Positions 1-13,670 of a stretch of 64,000 nucleotides of DNA are shown piece after piece (the first letter of the stretch is position 1; each line of letters starts with the position of its first letter). A program made the translations under genes and the position numbers. This stretch comes from the human T2T-CHM13v2.0 reference genome, Homo sapiens: assembly GCF_009914755.1 (NCBI RefSeq), contig NC_060937.1; one strand, 5' to 3'. The notes beneath the pieces are model-generated. The model did not search any database. It saw only the letters and a program-made list of their open reading frames with translations, and was not told where the DNA came from.

Positions 1-225
1 TGTTCAGGCCTCTACATTTTGCCTTGATGCTCACTGTTTCAGAATCATTCTTGAGCATTGCCTTAATTACTATTTTTACGGTGGTTGTAAACATAACCCT
101 GTATCTCAAATGCCTGTAGAACTGCTCATCACATATCCCAGGACATTTCATTATAACTAAATTAAACTCAAAGCTTTCCCACTGATATTTTCTTTCATTT
201 ATACTTCTTTGTTTCTAATTGGTGC

Positions 226-269
226 ACTTCCAGAGTCGAATTTATGAACTTCCAGAGTCAAAATTATGA
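226..269. repeat. 22-bp tandem duplication
   Basis: acttccagagtcgaatttatga followed by acttccagagtcaaaattatga (2 mismatches). Confidence 0.8.
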
Positions 270-369
270 AAGTATCATTGTGTTTCTTTCTACTTTGTTT
301 CCTATATCAAATATGATGTAAAATCCATCTTTCTCTTTGAATGTGTTCTTGCCTTCTTTATGAGGCCTG

Positions 370-773
370 CCGATGTCCCAGGGGCAGTGATGTTAGTACC
401 TAAAGCACCCAGATGCTCCTTTTTTCAGGAACTGGACTTGGCCTAACAGGAGCTCCTTATTCTGTGGAAGTCTATGTGTTCCTGCTTCTCACACTTTATC
501 CTTCAACTGCCACCACCTCTCCTGACTCTCAACCTGTGGGTGGATCTTAAAGCACTGACTAAGAATCAGGATAAATCCTTGCTTCGGGGTGTGACTCATT
601 CTGCAGGAAGTCATATGCAGAGCTTCCGGAGAGATAAAGAGGAAGCAAGTCTTCATTCTTGATTTGTTCCTTCCTCTGCCTGCTTCTGTTTCTTCTGAGG
701 TCAGCCTTTAAATCCATCATGAAAACCTGAATTCCAGGCTCAGGCTCTCACATGAGGGAATCTGGCTTATGAC
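370..773 (+). mobile_element. Possible ancient ERVL-class LTR remnant (LTR16/LTR33-like)
   Basis: GC-richer island ending ...ctcaggctctcacatgagggaatctggcttatgaca, resembling ERVL LTR 3' ends. Confidence 0.35.
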
Positions 774-944
774 ATCATCCTTCAAAATACTGCTCAGTTC
801 ATCCTTTATGTTCATATAGTCTTCATTTCATGCCTGGATTAACCAAAACAGCTTCTCAGATCATTAGTTTCTGCTGTGCCTGTCCTTTATACATTTTCTA
901 AAACCATACCATATTTCAAAACTACCTTTCTAAATTATGATAGT

Positions 945-1190
945 CAGTCTATTGTGGTTGTTAAAGTCATTATTTCAGTACCCAGATTGCCTGGGTTTGA
1001 GTTCTAATGTCACCAATTATTGAGTGAATAACTTGGGTACATTTTAAATTTTTTCCATGCCTCCGTTTTCTATATTATAGAGAAAAGTGAGAAATTAAGA
1101 ATTTTCTGTTTCTTAAAGACAAAATGATTTGTAAATGCAAACTACTTTAAACAAGGCCTGGAACATAATCAATGCAGTGAGTGTTAACTA
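945..1190 (+). mobile_element. MIR SINE
   Basis: Core motifs gattgcctgggtttgag, aacttgggtac...gcctccgttttct and 3' gcctggaacataa...tgttaactat. Confidence 0.7.
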
Positions 1191-1218
1191 TCATCATCAT
1201 CATCATCATCATTATCAT
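1190..1218. repeat. (CAT)n microsatellite at the MIR tail
   Basis: atcatcatcatcatcatcatcattatcatt. Confidence 0.9.
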
Positions 1219-3719
1219 TGACTCAGTTGTTATTCCTCTCCTCAAGAACCTACATTAGCTTCTAATTAAACATACTGTTTCAAGTAAAAAACTTATCTAC
1301 TGGCTCCTGAGGTCTATCATAATCATCTTTGTCCTATTTTTATGGTTTAATTTCCCAGTTATTTCCAATATAAACTCTATTTTCACCAACTCATTATCCT
1401 TGTAATTTTTGCAAACAGAAATTCTTTAGTTCTCTATTTTTTCCATAGTAGTATCTCTACTTAAAATAGTATGCCATGTCTTTTCCACTAGGCTTACCTC
1501 ACACTCAATTTCTCTGAAAAACTTTCATAATACTCTATCATATACTACTCATTTCCTTATTTGACTATGTCTTGACTTGGAATTAGAACCATATATTCTA
1601 CCTTGCAGTTATTTGCAACTATAATAATTTCCTTAATTATCTTATGGTTTATCTTTAATTCCTCAAGTATATTGAAAACTCTACAAGGAAAAACATTATG
1701 TTTTATAATCATTATGCATCATCAACAGGGCATAGGCCAATGCTAGAGTATGTTTGATAATTGTTTGTTTTAATTAGTGCAAAGAAAGATGCTTCATGGA
1801 CTGCTGACAATCTACTATAGACATAAGCAAAACATTAAAATGATATCCAAGTGATCAAGAAAACAAAAGTTTTTCAGTTTTACTAATTATTTTTTTCTGA
1901 AGTTGCTACAGAGATATTTTAAACTATCAAACTGAGTGAGAGATTTAGGTGGATGGATGATTTAGTAAAATGAAAGAAATGTTATTCCTCTACTATTAAA
2001 GATAATCTATGTAAATAAATTTTCCATCAACATAGAGAAGCAGTACTATCTGCCTACTCTTGGGTATTTATATATGTTGTTTAGGTAAGTAATTTCTTTT
2101 TAATGTATTTAATGTGGTTTAAGTGCTACTAAATGCATCATTTCAATTGTCACTTTAGCCTCAACTGTCTACATACTAGTGCACTATAAAGAACATTAAA
2201 ATAATAAATACTTTCTTGAAATAACTAAACTTATTGTCAAATATGTACAAACAGTGAAAACAGAATATAACACATTTTTAAATGCCAAGTGTTTTAGTCT
2301 GTAGAATAGGATACTTTTCTATCTATCAAATATCATCATTTTATTCTTCATTTAAGTTTTCATTTGATCATGAACATATTGCATGCTTGCTGTAAAAATT
2401 TAAATAATACATCTGTTGATACATTTCAGAAAAAAGCCACCCCTTCTTTCCTCCTTATGAGCCCTATCTCACAGGAATAAGATTTGTTAAGTTTTTGGCG
2501 TATATCCTTCAACACTGTTTCGATGAACATAAAATGATAAATAACATTATTTCCAACTCAAGACTAAGTATATTAGTTACATAAGATTTCCCCATGTATG
2601 TCTGCAAAATGCTCTTACTCTTAATAATGGCTAAGGGGGAAGAAAACTTTCACAAGCTCAATCATATTTCATTTCATATCTGTACATTATATCAGACAAG
2701 GCCATGAACACCTCCTAATTTTCTTACAATTGAAAATTCAAATATCCAATTTTAATATTGATCTGTCAACCTAATTTTCCTCATCTGAATCTCAGATTAA
2801 AGGTAGCCTACCTATAAAAAATTTTTGATGTTTGAAATTCAAGGATTTACATTCAAATATTTTGGTTTACTTGTTGCTGATCAATTATCTTGGGCTATTT
2901 GTGAGAAAGTGATATTCCTCTTAGGATTTCCTTCAAGGCCTAAAGCACAAATGAGTTCAGAATTTTGATTATTTTTCATGCAGAAATATATTAATGGGTT
3001 ATCTGAAATATTATTAGCCTTTCAGACCTTATCTACTTAAAAATATGCCTAACAGTAAACAGAACTATCTACATAAACATGGCCTTTCATAAAACAATTG
3101 ATAATTGTGACCAATATCAAGTTAAAAACATACACCATATAACCAGCACATAAATACATGATATTATGTAGAGTCCTTCAATGAAGGCAATATGTTAACT
3201 AAAAATAAAATTTATTTGACAGTTTGGAATGATGATATAATTAATATAAATTAAACATATATAATTATGAATGAATACTGAGCAAGTGCTAATAATGTTA
3301 GCTAGCAATGCTTTTACTGAAAGAGCTATAAATCTTCATAAAAATTATTTATTTTTATATTATTTGATATTATTATAATAGCCCCACAATTTTTAGTGGT
3401 AATGATTCCAACACCACATACATTTTGCTTAAAGACAATATTTAGTTGTACTAACCAAAATATACTAAAAGTATTAAAATGTATTAGTTTATTACTAATG
3501 ATTATTCATTTTAAGTCAAGAGCTAGTTTTGCGTTAATTACAACTGTTTCTTCTTGCAAAAGTATCAGTAAAGTAGTATCAAATACCTGCAATGATTCAC
3601 AACAATGCTTGTTCAAGCGTCACACAATATTTATTTGTATTTATTAATATTTGTTTAACTTAAAGTCCTAAGATGTACATTACTTGTAAAATAATTAGTA
3701 CTAAAGTTTTAAACTATAG

Positions 3720-4026
3720 TGTTAAAAATTTAATTGGGAGGTCATTAGGCTGAGACATCTCCAGGTTTTTGCCAAGCAAAAACCAACTCAGAGTAATTTA
3801 ACCAATCAGAAACCACCAACCAACCTCTAACTAGGCTCTTGCCCCGCTTTAACCAATCAAATATTTTCTTTGTCTTGTTTCCACAAGCGTCTTATGAAAA
3901 CTTTCCCCTGGTCTTCTTTAGGTGGGTCTCTGAACAGCTTGTGGTCTCGTGCTACCCGATCATGAGTTGCTGTTTGCTCAAATAAACTCTTTAAAATAGT
4001 AATGTACTTAAGTTTATCACTTAACA
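3720..4026 (+). mobile_element. ERV1 (MER4-group, MER93-like) solo LTR
   Basis: TGTTAA...TTAACA inverted termini; start tgttaaaaatttaattgggaggtcattaggctgag; two aaccaatca CCAAT boxes; AATAAA at about 3981. Confidence 0.7.
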
Positions 4027-5511
4027 GTGTAAAGAAAATATAAAATTTTATTTGAATTGAGTTAGCCGTAATGATTTTTAAAAACTAATTTTTCGTATCC
4101 TACTTAAGAAACACATCAATGATTGATAATAATGTATTTAGTTTAATATATTCTAAATATATTAAATATTTATATGTTCAGAATAATACATATAAAGGTA
4201 ATACATTGCTCAGATGTTTTAGAACAATATAAACCAAGAAGAATTTTGATTTCTCATCCAATAGGAATATTGTAAACAATTTGCATAACTAAATAATTTA
4301 GAAAATAACTAATGTATATAAAGAGTAATAAAGAAAACAATGTAGAATATTATGAATATAGAATAATTGCTCAACAGATTGGTTAAAAATGTTTCAAATG
4401 AACAAGAAAATGTTGAATTAAGATGAATAAAAGACTACAAGATTGAAGAAATTATAGGAAACACCCATCTTTTTAAAAAATTAATGAGCATTTGATGTGT
4501 TAATATATTTTTGAGTTGGTTGACACCTCCTGTCTTCTTAAAAATACATACAATATTATTTAATTTATAAGTTAAATGAAGTCAATTTAATTACACTCTC
4601 AAGAATAGCTCTTACGCTGAAGAATATAATTGAATTATTAACTAGATGCTATTTAGATGCTAGCTCAGGATAATTTGTGGTTTTGCCACACATATTATGA
4701 CATTGAATAATTCTCTCAATAATAATGACTGTGAATTCTCTTGCAAATGGTAACTCAATTTTGTAGTTATATTTGAAAAATAAAATCAATAATATAAAAA
4801 TGCTTTCAATAGTTAGCTGACAGATTGAACTCTAAATCACCTGCAGTAGTTATGCAATGTCAAATGTCCTTCCCCATGTATTCCAAGACACTGACTTAAA
4901 TTCAACGTCCATATTGTAATATTTCTATCATGGTAGAAATACAGCCATGTTTTTCTGGAATCATTTTAATGAATAAAACTATTAGCTTTCAGATGCATTA
5001 TGGCTTTAAAAATAATATCAGTATGACACAATTTTAAATAAATATAAAAATGTCAATATGAAATACCTTAATTTATTAGTTGATATAAATATATAGCCAA
5101 GATAACCTTTCTTTAGTTTCTGATGGAATAGCATATTTCATTTCAGATTTTAGGCACAATTCCTGAATTAGCGTGCCTAAAATTAGTATGGCTGTGAATC
5201 CCACAGTCCCAGATAATGGAATTTTTCCTCCATAGTTATCAACCCTAGTTACAAGTAGTTTTATTTTTGAACACTTTATAATTGTTTTGTTTTTCAAAAA
5301 ATTATTACCTAAAGTAGCATTTCAACTTTTCCACAAAAGAAAAATAAGAAATAAAAACAAGTATAAACAAAACAAACAACAACAACAACAAAAAACTTAA
5401 AAAAATGTGAATCCTTATTTCTGTAGTCATATAATATTCTGCAATCTGCATGCCAGTCTGGCACTTTTAAACATGTGAATGCATGTTTCCAGTAGAGGCA
5501 GACTACTGTAC

Positions 5512-5694
5512 CTATGTGCAGGTATCTTTCGGTTCCCAACAATCAGGATAACATCACAAAGTTGCTGCTGCTTCAAATAACTTTCCATCTTTCTGAAGGT
5601 TTGCTCAGCATGATGAACAGCTTGATAGAATTCTTCAGAGCTACTGGAGTCCAAATCACTTTGAGGTGTCATTGAATGGCCGGTTGATGACAGC
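5512..5694 (-). CDS. KLHL1: KLHL1 (kelch-like 1) internal coding exon, probably exon 2; Ser-rich linker plus N-terminal part of the BTB/POZ domain
   Basis: ORF 5427..5723(-) contains [61 protein letters not shown], with the BTB start motif LCDV..I.AHR recognised as KLHL1. Acceptor TATAG|G (AG at 5696-5695), donor AG|GTACAG (GT at 5511-5510). Length 183 nt, phase 2-2. Exon number is from recall. Confidence 0.93.
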
Positions 5695-5702
5695 CTATAA
5701 AC

Positions 5703-5726
5703 CACACACACACACACACACACACA
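5703..5726 (-). repeat. (TG)12 microsatellite inside the KLHL1 3' splice site
   Basis: Plus strand (CA)12; minus strand reads (TG)12-GTTTATAG|exon. Confidence 0.95.
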
Positions 5727-6584
5727 AAATAATAAAGGGATTTATAAAGAGCCAATTATCTAGAATAACATACAGGTTTTTATCATTTTCTTAAGAAAAC
5801 TAATATATCTGTGTTTATTTTTATATTTTAATACAAGTTCAATAAATAAAGGTCGAATAATCTATTGTGGGATAAGTGATTTGCTCTAGGGAATAATAAA
5901 TAAATGGAAAAGTTCTTTAAAAGAGGTTTAAAAATATGTTGTCTGTATTGATTAGGACATTAAGTTAGTAAACCTGAAATATCACAGAAATAGTAAATTA
6001 TTTACATGCCTATTCTAAAATTAATTAGCAATGAAATGTTAATTTCGTTCATTTGATATTGAGGAAGATAGCTTAATTATACTATTCTAAATAGAATTCT
6101 TGAGATGTCATAGTAAATGTTGCCTTGCAGAAATAGGTGATTTTTATTATGAAAAAAATATAAAACCTGGTTTTCAAGTAATACTGACAATTAAATTTGT
6201 AAGTAAATTATTGACTTTCATGTTCTGCACCCCACTATTAAACAAAAAAGTAGAATGTATTAACTCAGTACTTATAATAACTTTAATCATTAATAGATAT
6301 TTTAATAAACTTTATGATTTTGGAAAGTCCATGATACTTAAGTTTTGTTACTTCATGTATTAATAATATAGACTGTTTCAAAAAAAATAACTTTAATAAG
6401 TGCTATACTCCATCATAGGGAAGACTGTTAATATTCAAGTTTCATGATAGACACATGATAAAGCCCAGCAGACCCAATCAAGTGTTCTGATGACAATTGC
6501 TTAAATAACCTAAAATTAAATATTAATTAGATTCATAAAGTTAAGACTAAAATTGCTTACTTCATGATAAATATCTTAGAAAGT

Positions 6585-7800
6585 AACATGGAGAATTCTG
6601 GTTCCAATTGCAAAGTAGTAATTTGCAGCTGACTAAATCCCTCTCCACGAAAACCACAAAAAAGTTACATACAATATCAAAATAATTATTTGCATTCAAT
6701 AGGCTCTACTGAGGCAATCAGGACTTAGAAAGCTAAGATCCTGAAATACAGATAAATTAATTAGAGTCATCTCAAAATTATTCACTGCGTATTCTTTCCC
6801 TCTCAAGGTATTTAGTAGTTATTAACAACATAGAGTGAGAGTCCAAGGAGCTCAACATAATATGGCAGCTAAGCAGATCTTCTGAGGATAATACGAAGAC
6901 TGAAACCTAGAGTTGTATCAGTGAAAATCTCTGATTTCATTAAGCTGAACTTTTAATTGAAGTACCAGCAAACAATATAGTTTATATTTAGGAAAAGACA
7001 TTCTTATATGGACTCTGTGATTTCTTATACACAATGCCTGGCATTAAAGGAAAAAAATAGTAGGTTTGTAAAGAAACTGGACACAATGAGAAAAACAGAC
7101 AACAGAAACAGTCTCCCAGGTGCTACAGATATGTTCGAATATATGGATCACAATTATTACTTAATAGATATAAAAATAACTTTCATTGGTCTTTTAATAT
7201 AGATAATAAGCTGGATAATTTCAAGTCATATGAAAAAAATCAAATGGAAACAAATAAGGCAATACAATAATTTAAGATTTTGATGTGCAAAATTAGTCAA
7301 TAAAAGGCAAACAAATGACGGTATGAAAAATAAATTAATAGAAAATACTCAAACTAAGTTACTGAGATAAAAATATAGAAAACAAAAAACGGTAAAATTA
7401 TAATATTCATGTAATTACTATATTCTGTAATCTTAAAAGTAGAGGGGAGAAATGATGGGACAAAAGCCATCTGAGGAAATAATGGCCAAGAATTTTCAAA
7501 AATTTGTTAGATACTTCAGGAAAGAGATTCCAGTGAAATTGGACTTAAACACATTTTAATCGTATAGAAACACCTAATACACTGATTCGGAAAACATTAT
7601 ATTTTATTGAACCTCTTCCTCTTGAGATGCAGAACCACAGTTATGCAAAATAAAAAATTCGGAGAGCCTTACCAGTAAAGTGTAAACAACAACAAAAAAC
7701 ATTATTTTTGAATAAGAAAATACGTAATTGATATTATTTCCAGAAGATGTGTTTGTGCACATAGAAAATCTGAAAAAATTGACAGAGAAGCTTACCAAAT
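6585..7800 (+). mobile_element. Highly decayed L1M 5'/ORF1-region fragments
   Basis: A-rich strand; ORF1-like gaggaaataatggccaagaattttcaaaaatttg at about 7470-7505. Confidence 0.4.
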
Positions 7801-8358
7801 TCTATATCCACTGATATTACCTGTGTTCTCTGTTATCTGCAATATATATATTTATCTACACAATATGTTATCTTCATCAGACTTTTCAAGTTCTCCTTTA
7901 AATATTTGAAATTAATACAAATTTTGCTGTACCATATGTTTGCCTTTCACAAGTTTGCAAATTACAACCCCAGAATATGGCCACTTCTCAGCATGTATTT
8001 TAAGAATTCGGGCTCAAGCACATATAGCAAGAACAGCAGAATTCTTCCACCTGTTAACGCATTGAATAGAAAAGTCACAATATGCATTGCAGGGTGCATT
8101 TTAAGATTTAGAATGAACATACTATTGACTCTCAGGTAGAAAGGATAATTAAGTCAGGATTTGCAGGCTGCCGAATGGACCAAAACTGCTCCAAAAGGAA
8201 ACCCTGATGCTTCTTCTGCTTGGGTACTCAGACTGCATGATTAGGTTTTAAAATTCAAGATATGAGAAACACCTCTAAAGAATGGCTACAGATTAATTTA
8301 AATAGGGTTTGGGATAAAAGCTCTACATACGTCCTTATATTAATTAACCACAGGTTAA

Positions 8359-8675
<317 letters not shown>

Positions 8676-9769
8676 TGGGCAGAAATTTTTAATACCTGAT
8701 AAAGATTTCATAATCTAGGAAAAGTTAAGATAATTATTTAATTTACTTTGTCTTTAGTTGTTGTCCAAGTTGTGGTGGGTGTACTATTAAAGAAAAGAGT
8801 GAGATAAGTAGAATAGAAAGAAATAGAAAAGAAAGAAATAGAGCTTGGTGAGACCCTGGTTTGGGGGGCTGGGGGTCATAGTATTTGAAAAGAGTTATTC
8901 AAAGTCAAAAAGTTAACTACTGTCAAGATAGTACCTTCTTTTATCTAATCTAGTTAAAATAATCTCAAATATAATACAGACTTGGACTTTTTCTGACAAA
9001 TTTGAAAACAATTTGAAAGAATGGGATTAAAAAAACAGAAAATTAGATAAGAGGCTCAAAAAAAAAAAAAAATAAGTTCCAGTTCTCTCCTAGATTTTTT
9101 TCCTAAAAGTTCTTAGGCATTAAGTTTCTTCATATTATATCTGAGAACACATTACTTCTCTTCAAGGTCATTAATCTTTCAGATAAATGGTTATGTTTGT
9201 TTCACTTGATTTTCTCTCACACATTTCCTCACATATCATTTCATGATCTAAGACTTTAGCAGGAATCTTTCTCCTCAACCTTATACTTAATATAGAATTT
9301 TAATATGAATTTTCACAACAGAACACTTATAATTTTTAAGATAATATTTATTATCTAACCTTCTTCCCATCACATATCCAAACTACTAATTTAAAAAGGA
9401 GACTTTAACATTTTAGCAAATTTATATTATGTATTTATCATGTTTTCTATAGGTATTAAGTAAAAACCAGGCATTGGATTACTTCATTGTTTTGTCCGAT
9501 TTTGTACATCAGTTGAAAAAAACTTTACAGTTTCTTTCCAATCGAAGAGTCCCTTATACAATGATCTGAAACTCTTAACATTTGTCTTTATTTTGGCCCA
9601 ACAATACAAAGCTTGAAGTTACAAGAAATGCAATTTTAAAAGTACAATATGACTTTTTATCAGATTTAAAGACATGTTTAAGTCTTCTCCAACCTAACAT
9701 ATATAAAAATAAAATGAATAAAATTGTTTTGATCTCTTGAACTCCTCAAACCATAGCTATACTATTCTA

Positions 9770-10985
9770 TTTCCTTTCATACCCATGTCTTGAAAGAATT
9801 GTCTTCACATCTTAACTTCAGTTCCTGACCCTCCAAATACTCCTTAATCTATTGCAATTCGACTTCCATAACTACCCATCTAACGGAACTACTCTTGACA
9901 AGGACATCAGCGTCTTTGTTGTGGCTATCTTTAGCATTTAATTTCCTATCATTGACGGCTGAGAACTGACCAACATGCTTTACTGTTCTCGTGCTAAACA
10001 GTTCAGGACTCAATATTCTTTACTCTCTCTGTACCAAATGATTCTCAGGTGAAACCTGTTTCCCTATTTCTTTGTTAAACAACATCGGAATCCGACAAAT
10101 AAGTTAGTTACTTCCTCAAGGAAATATTTACTTCTGTAAGAATAGATTGTTAACTAATAAGAAAAAATGTACAACAAATAATTACTCATGTGTTTTTTAC
10201 TTTATGACCTACCTACTTAGTGCAAATCTGAAAGTGTTTTTATCTCTTCCCATTGCCAACCAGTTCCTCAGTCTTCAATGGCTTCTTGGTGGCAAATCCA
10301 TATCACACATTATAAGTGCCTGTATGATCTGATGCTTTCTACAATTTGTGTGATCCTTCAAACCAAGCTCTAGTTTCAGCTACACCAAATAATTTCAGTT
10401 TCTGCAATACGTCACACCACTTTCTTCTATCGCATTCCACACACATATTTTTCTGTACCTGGAACCTGCACAACACACTGATATTCCCATGGCTGACTAC
10501 TCCTTCAGAATACAGTTTAAATATCGCTACCTTCAGAAAGCCTTATTTTTTTCAGCGAATTGTTTTTTATTTTTACTTTAAAAAATAGATTCAGGGGATA
10601 GATGTGCATTTGTTACATGAGTATATTGTGTGGTGCTGAGGGGAAAGCCTTATTTCAATCCTTACTGCTTGTGGGGTGGGGTTACCCTAACATGTAGTAA
10701 ATATGGTTTAAATACATCTCTGCCATATCAAACATTTTAGGAGTTCAACAACTATTTGTTGAATAAATGCATAAATATATTCTATGACAAGATGGTTTGG
10801 TCAGATACTAATTTCAGTTTGTTATGTGTTTTTGTTTACTTTTGGTTTTAGTTTCCATACACCACACAGATGTGTTGCTCAGAATAGCTACCACTAAATA
10901 AACAAGCAATAGAATTTATATCCCAAAACCTAACAGAATGCCTGGCACACAGATTTAGTAAATGTTTGTGGCATAAATTGTAATT
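9770..10985 (+). mobile_element. L2 fragments, including two 3'-end relics
   Basis: L2-like ggaactactcttgacaaggacatcag; 3' ends atttgttgaataaatg (about 10755) and cagaatgcctggcacacag...taaatgtttg (about 10935). Confidence 0.55.
10549..10642 (-). mobile_element. Very short 5'-truncated L1 3' end with 13-bp TSD
   Basis: T-rich tail plus ttcagggga...tttgttacatgagtatattgtgtggtgctgagg; flanked by gaaagccttattt at 10536-10548 and 10643-10655. Confidence 0.75.
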
Positions 10986-12031
10986 TTTGAACATCAAATA
11001 GTTTCCAGAGCTCATGAGAAACAAACAAACAAAACATAAAATAACTGCTGTAACCAGAATACATACTTCCTTGTATTTCTCTGGCAGTACAATTGTGTAC
11101 ATTATGACAATACTAAAATTACACTAAATATAGTAAATAAAATACATTTAAAACCATTTAAATAAATAAGATATATTAATTGCAAACAAGAATTTCTGGA
11201 TGACTAGATTCAAAATTTTTTCTTAATGTGAGTCACTAAGAGAGTAACGAAAACGGCAAAATAAATTTGAAAGCAGTTTTTTTTTCTAAGTGATAAGAGT
11301 TAGCTTTTGTTTTGAGAAAAATATTTTAAAGAAAATTTTGTAGTATCAGATAAAGAAATCACTCTTACATACATAGATCTTAGACAAAGACCTGAATGTA
11401 GTAAAAGATGACTTTATTTAAGGGAAAAAAATTTAACTATTTGTTTGAGCCCAGTAAACTTAGTGTGTATTTCAGGCAATGTATATGTCTTTAGATTATA
11501 TTTGCATTAGAGTTATATGTATTTTAATTTTTAAAAAATATTTTTGAGTAGTGGGAAATTGAAAATTTGTTATTTTCTACCTTTTAAAAAATGTTCACAT
11601 ATTTTATATCAGGCACACATTATTTTAAACAACATATAGTCATTTTTACAAAAAAATTCAAAGTTCAAAAAGTGCCCAAAATAAAAAAAAATCTAAAAAA
11701 ATTCTAACAAGAATTCTTCAAACCAAAAGAATGCAAATGTGACTGTGATTCTGAAACTGTAATTATGATAGATAAACCACATATATCTTTAAAATAAAAA
11801 GATTAAAAGAGGATACTATTAAAATAATAACTTTTTTTCAGAAATAGGCAATATAAATATGTGAATAGTGACATAAAAAGTTTTAAATGTTGGGAGAGAA
11901 TAAAGCGTACTGTGTTTTTGCTTGTTTCTTTACTTTGCAATGAAAGTTAAGTTGTTATCAGTTTAAAATAACTTGTTATTATAAGGTGTATTTTGTAACC
12001 CTTATAGTAACTAAAAAGCAAAAACCTATTA

Positions 12032-12391
<360 letters not shown>

Positions 12392-13341
12392 TTACTAAAG
12401 AAAAATCACTTAACCTCAAAGGAAGACTGAAAGAGAGAACGAAAGTAAGAAAGAATCTACCAAACAACCAGAAAACAATAAGCAAAATGGCAGTAGTAAA
12501 TTCTTCCCTGTCAATAATTACCTTAATGAAAATAAATTAAATTATTCAATTAAAAGACATGGATTAGCTGAATGGATACACTTATGCAACTAGAAACCAA
12601 AAAAGAACACTACCAACTATAATAGTTATATCAGATAAAATAGACTTTAAGACAAAAAGGAAGAAAATACAAATAGGGTCATTATATGATGATAAAGGGG
12701 TCAATTCAGCAAGATTAAATAAAAGTTTTCATATGGGAAATCCTAGCCAGAGCATTAGGCAAGAGAAGAAAGGACATTCAAACTGAAAAGGGAAAAATTA
12801 AATTGTCCCTGTTTGCAGATGATATGATTTTATATGTAGAAAACCTTAAAGAGTCCACCTAAAATCTGTTAGAAATAATAAATTCAGTAAAGTTTCAAGA
12901 TATAAAATCAAAATGTAAAAATCAGTAGTATTCTTCTACCTCAACAGCAAACTATCTGAAAAAGAAATCAATAAAGCAATCCCATTTATATCTATTTTAA
13001 AGACCCTAAATATAAAGATAGTACAGAGGGTGCAAGATTTCTACAATGAAAACTACAAAATACTGATGAAAGCAATTGAAGAGGATATTAATAAATGAAA
13101 AGTTATCCTATGTTCATTGGTTGGAATAATAATTTTTAAAAATGCTCATACCACCTACAGTGATCTGCAGATTCAATAAAATCACTATCAAAATACTAAT
13201 GATATTTTTCAAATAAATGGTAAAAGCAATCTTGAAATTTGTATGAAATTTATATGGAAAAGATCCCAAATATCTAAAGCCATTTTGAGTAAAAAAGTAA
13301 ACTAGCTGGAGGCATTACACTACCTGACTTTAAAATATACT

Positions 13342-13670
13342 GTGCTCGGTGCGGTGGTTCCCACCTGTAGTCCTACCACTTTGGGAGGTCAAAGCAGGAA
13401 GATTTCTTGAAGCCAGGAGTTTGAGACCATCCTGGCAACAATGTGAGACCCTATCTTTACAAAAAAAAAAAAAAAGAAGAAGAAGAAGAGAAAAAAAAAA
13501 AAAAGCTGTGTTTGATGGTAAACTCCTGGAATCCTAGCTACTCAGGAGGCTATGACAGGAGGGTCGCTTGAGCCCAGGAGTTAAGAGTCGGCAATGACCT
13601 GTACTCACATCACTGCACTCTAGCCTTGGTGACACAGCAAGCCCCTATTTCAAAAATAAATAAATAAAAA
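13342..13670 (+). mobile_element. AluJ-like element with expanded A/GAA middle linker
   Basis: Diverged arms (gcttgagcccaggagtt); linker at about 13462-13504 is an A-run, (GAA)n, A-run. Confidence 0.88.

Larger units (their letters stand above)
1..5511 (-). other. KLHL1: 5' part of the downstream KLHL1 intron
   Basis: Begins with GT at 5511-5510 (minus). The expected next BTB exon (LVLSS...) is not seen in 1-5511. Confidence 0.75.

Noticed and set aside
5309-5542. Overlapping 77-aa minus ORF
   Set aside because: Alternative frame running into low-complexity intron; no recognisable protein.
5427-5723. 98-aa ORF as a standalone gene
   Set aside because: Its N-terminus (MCVCVCVV) is translated TG repeat and its C-terminus is intron read-through; only 5512-5694 is exon.
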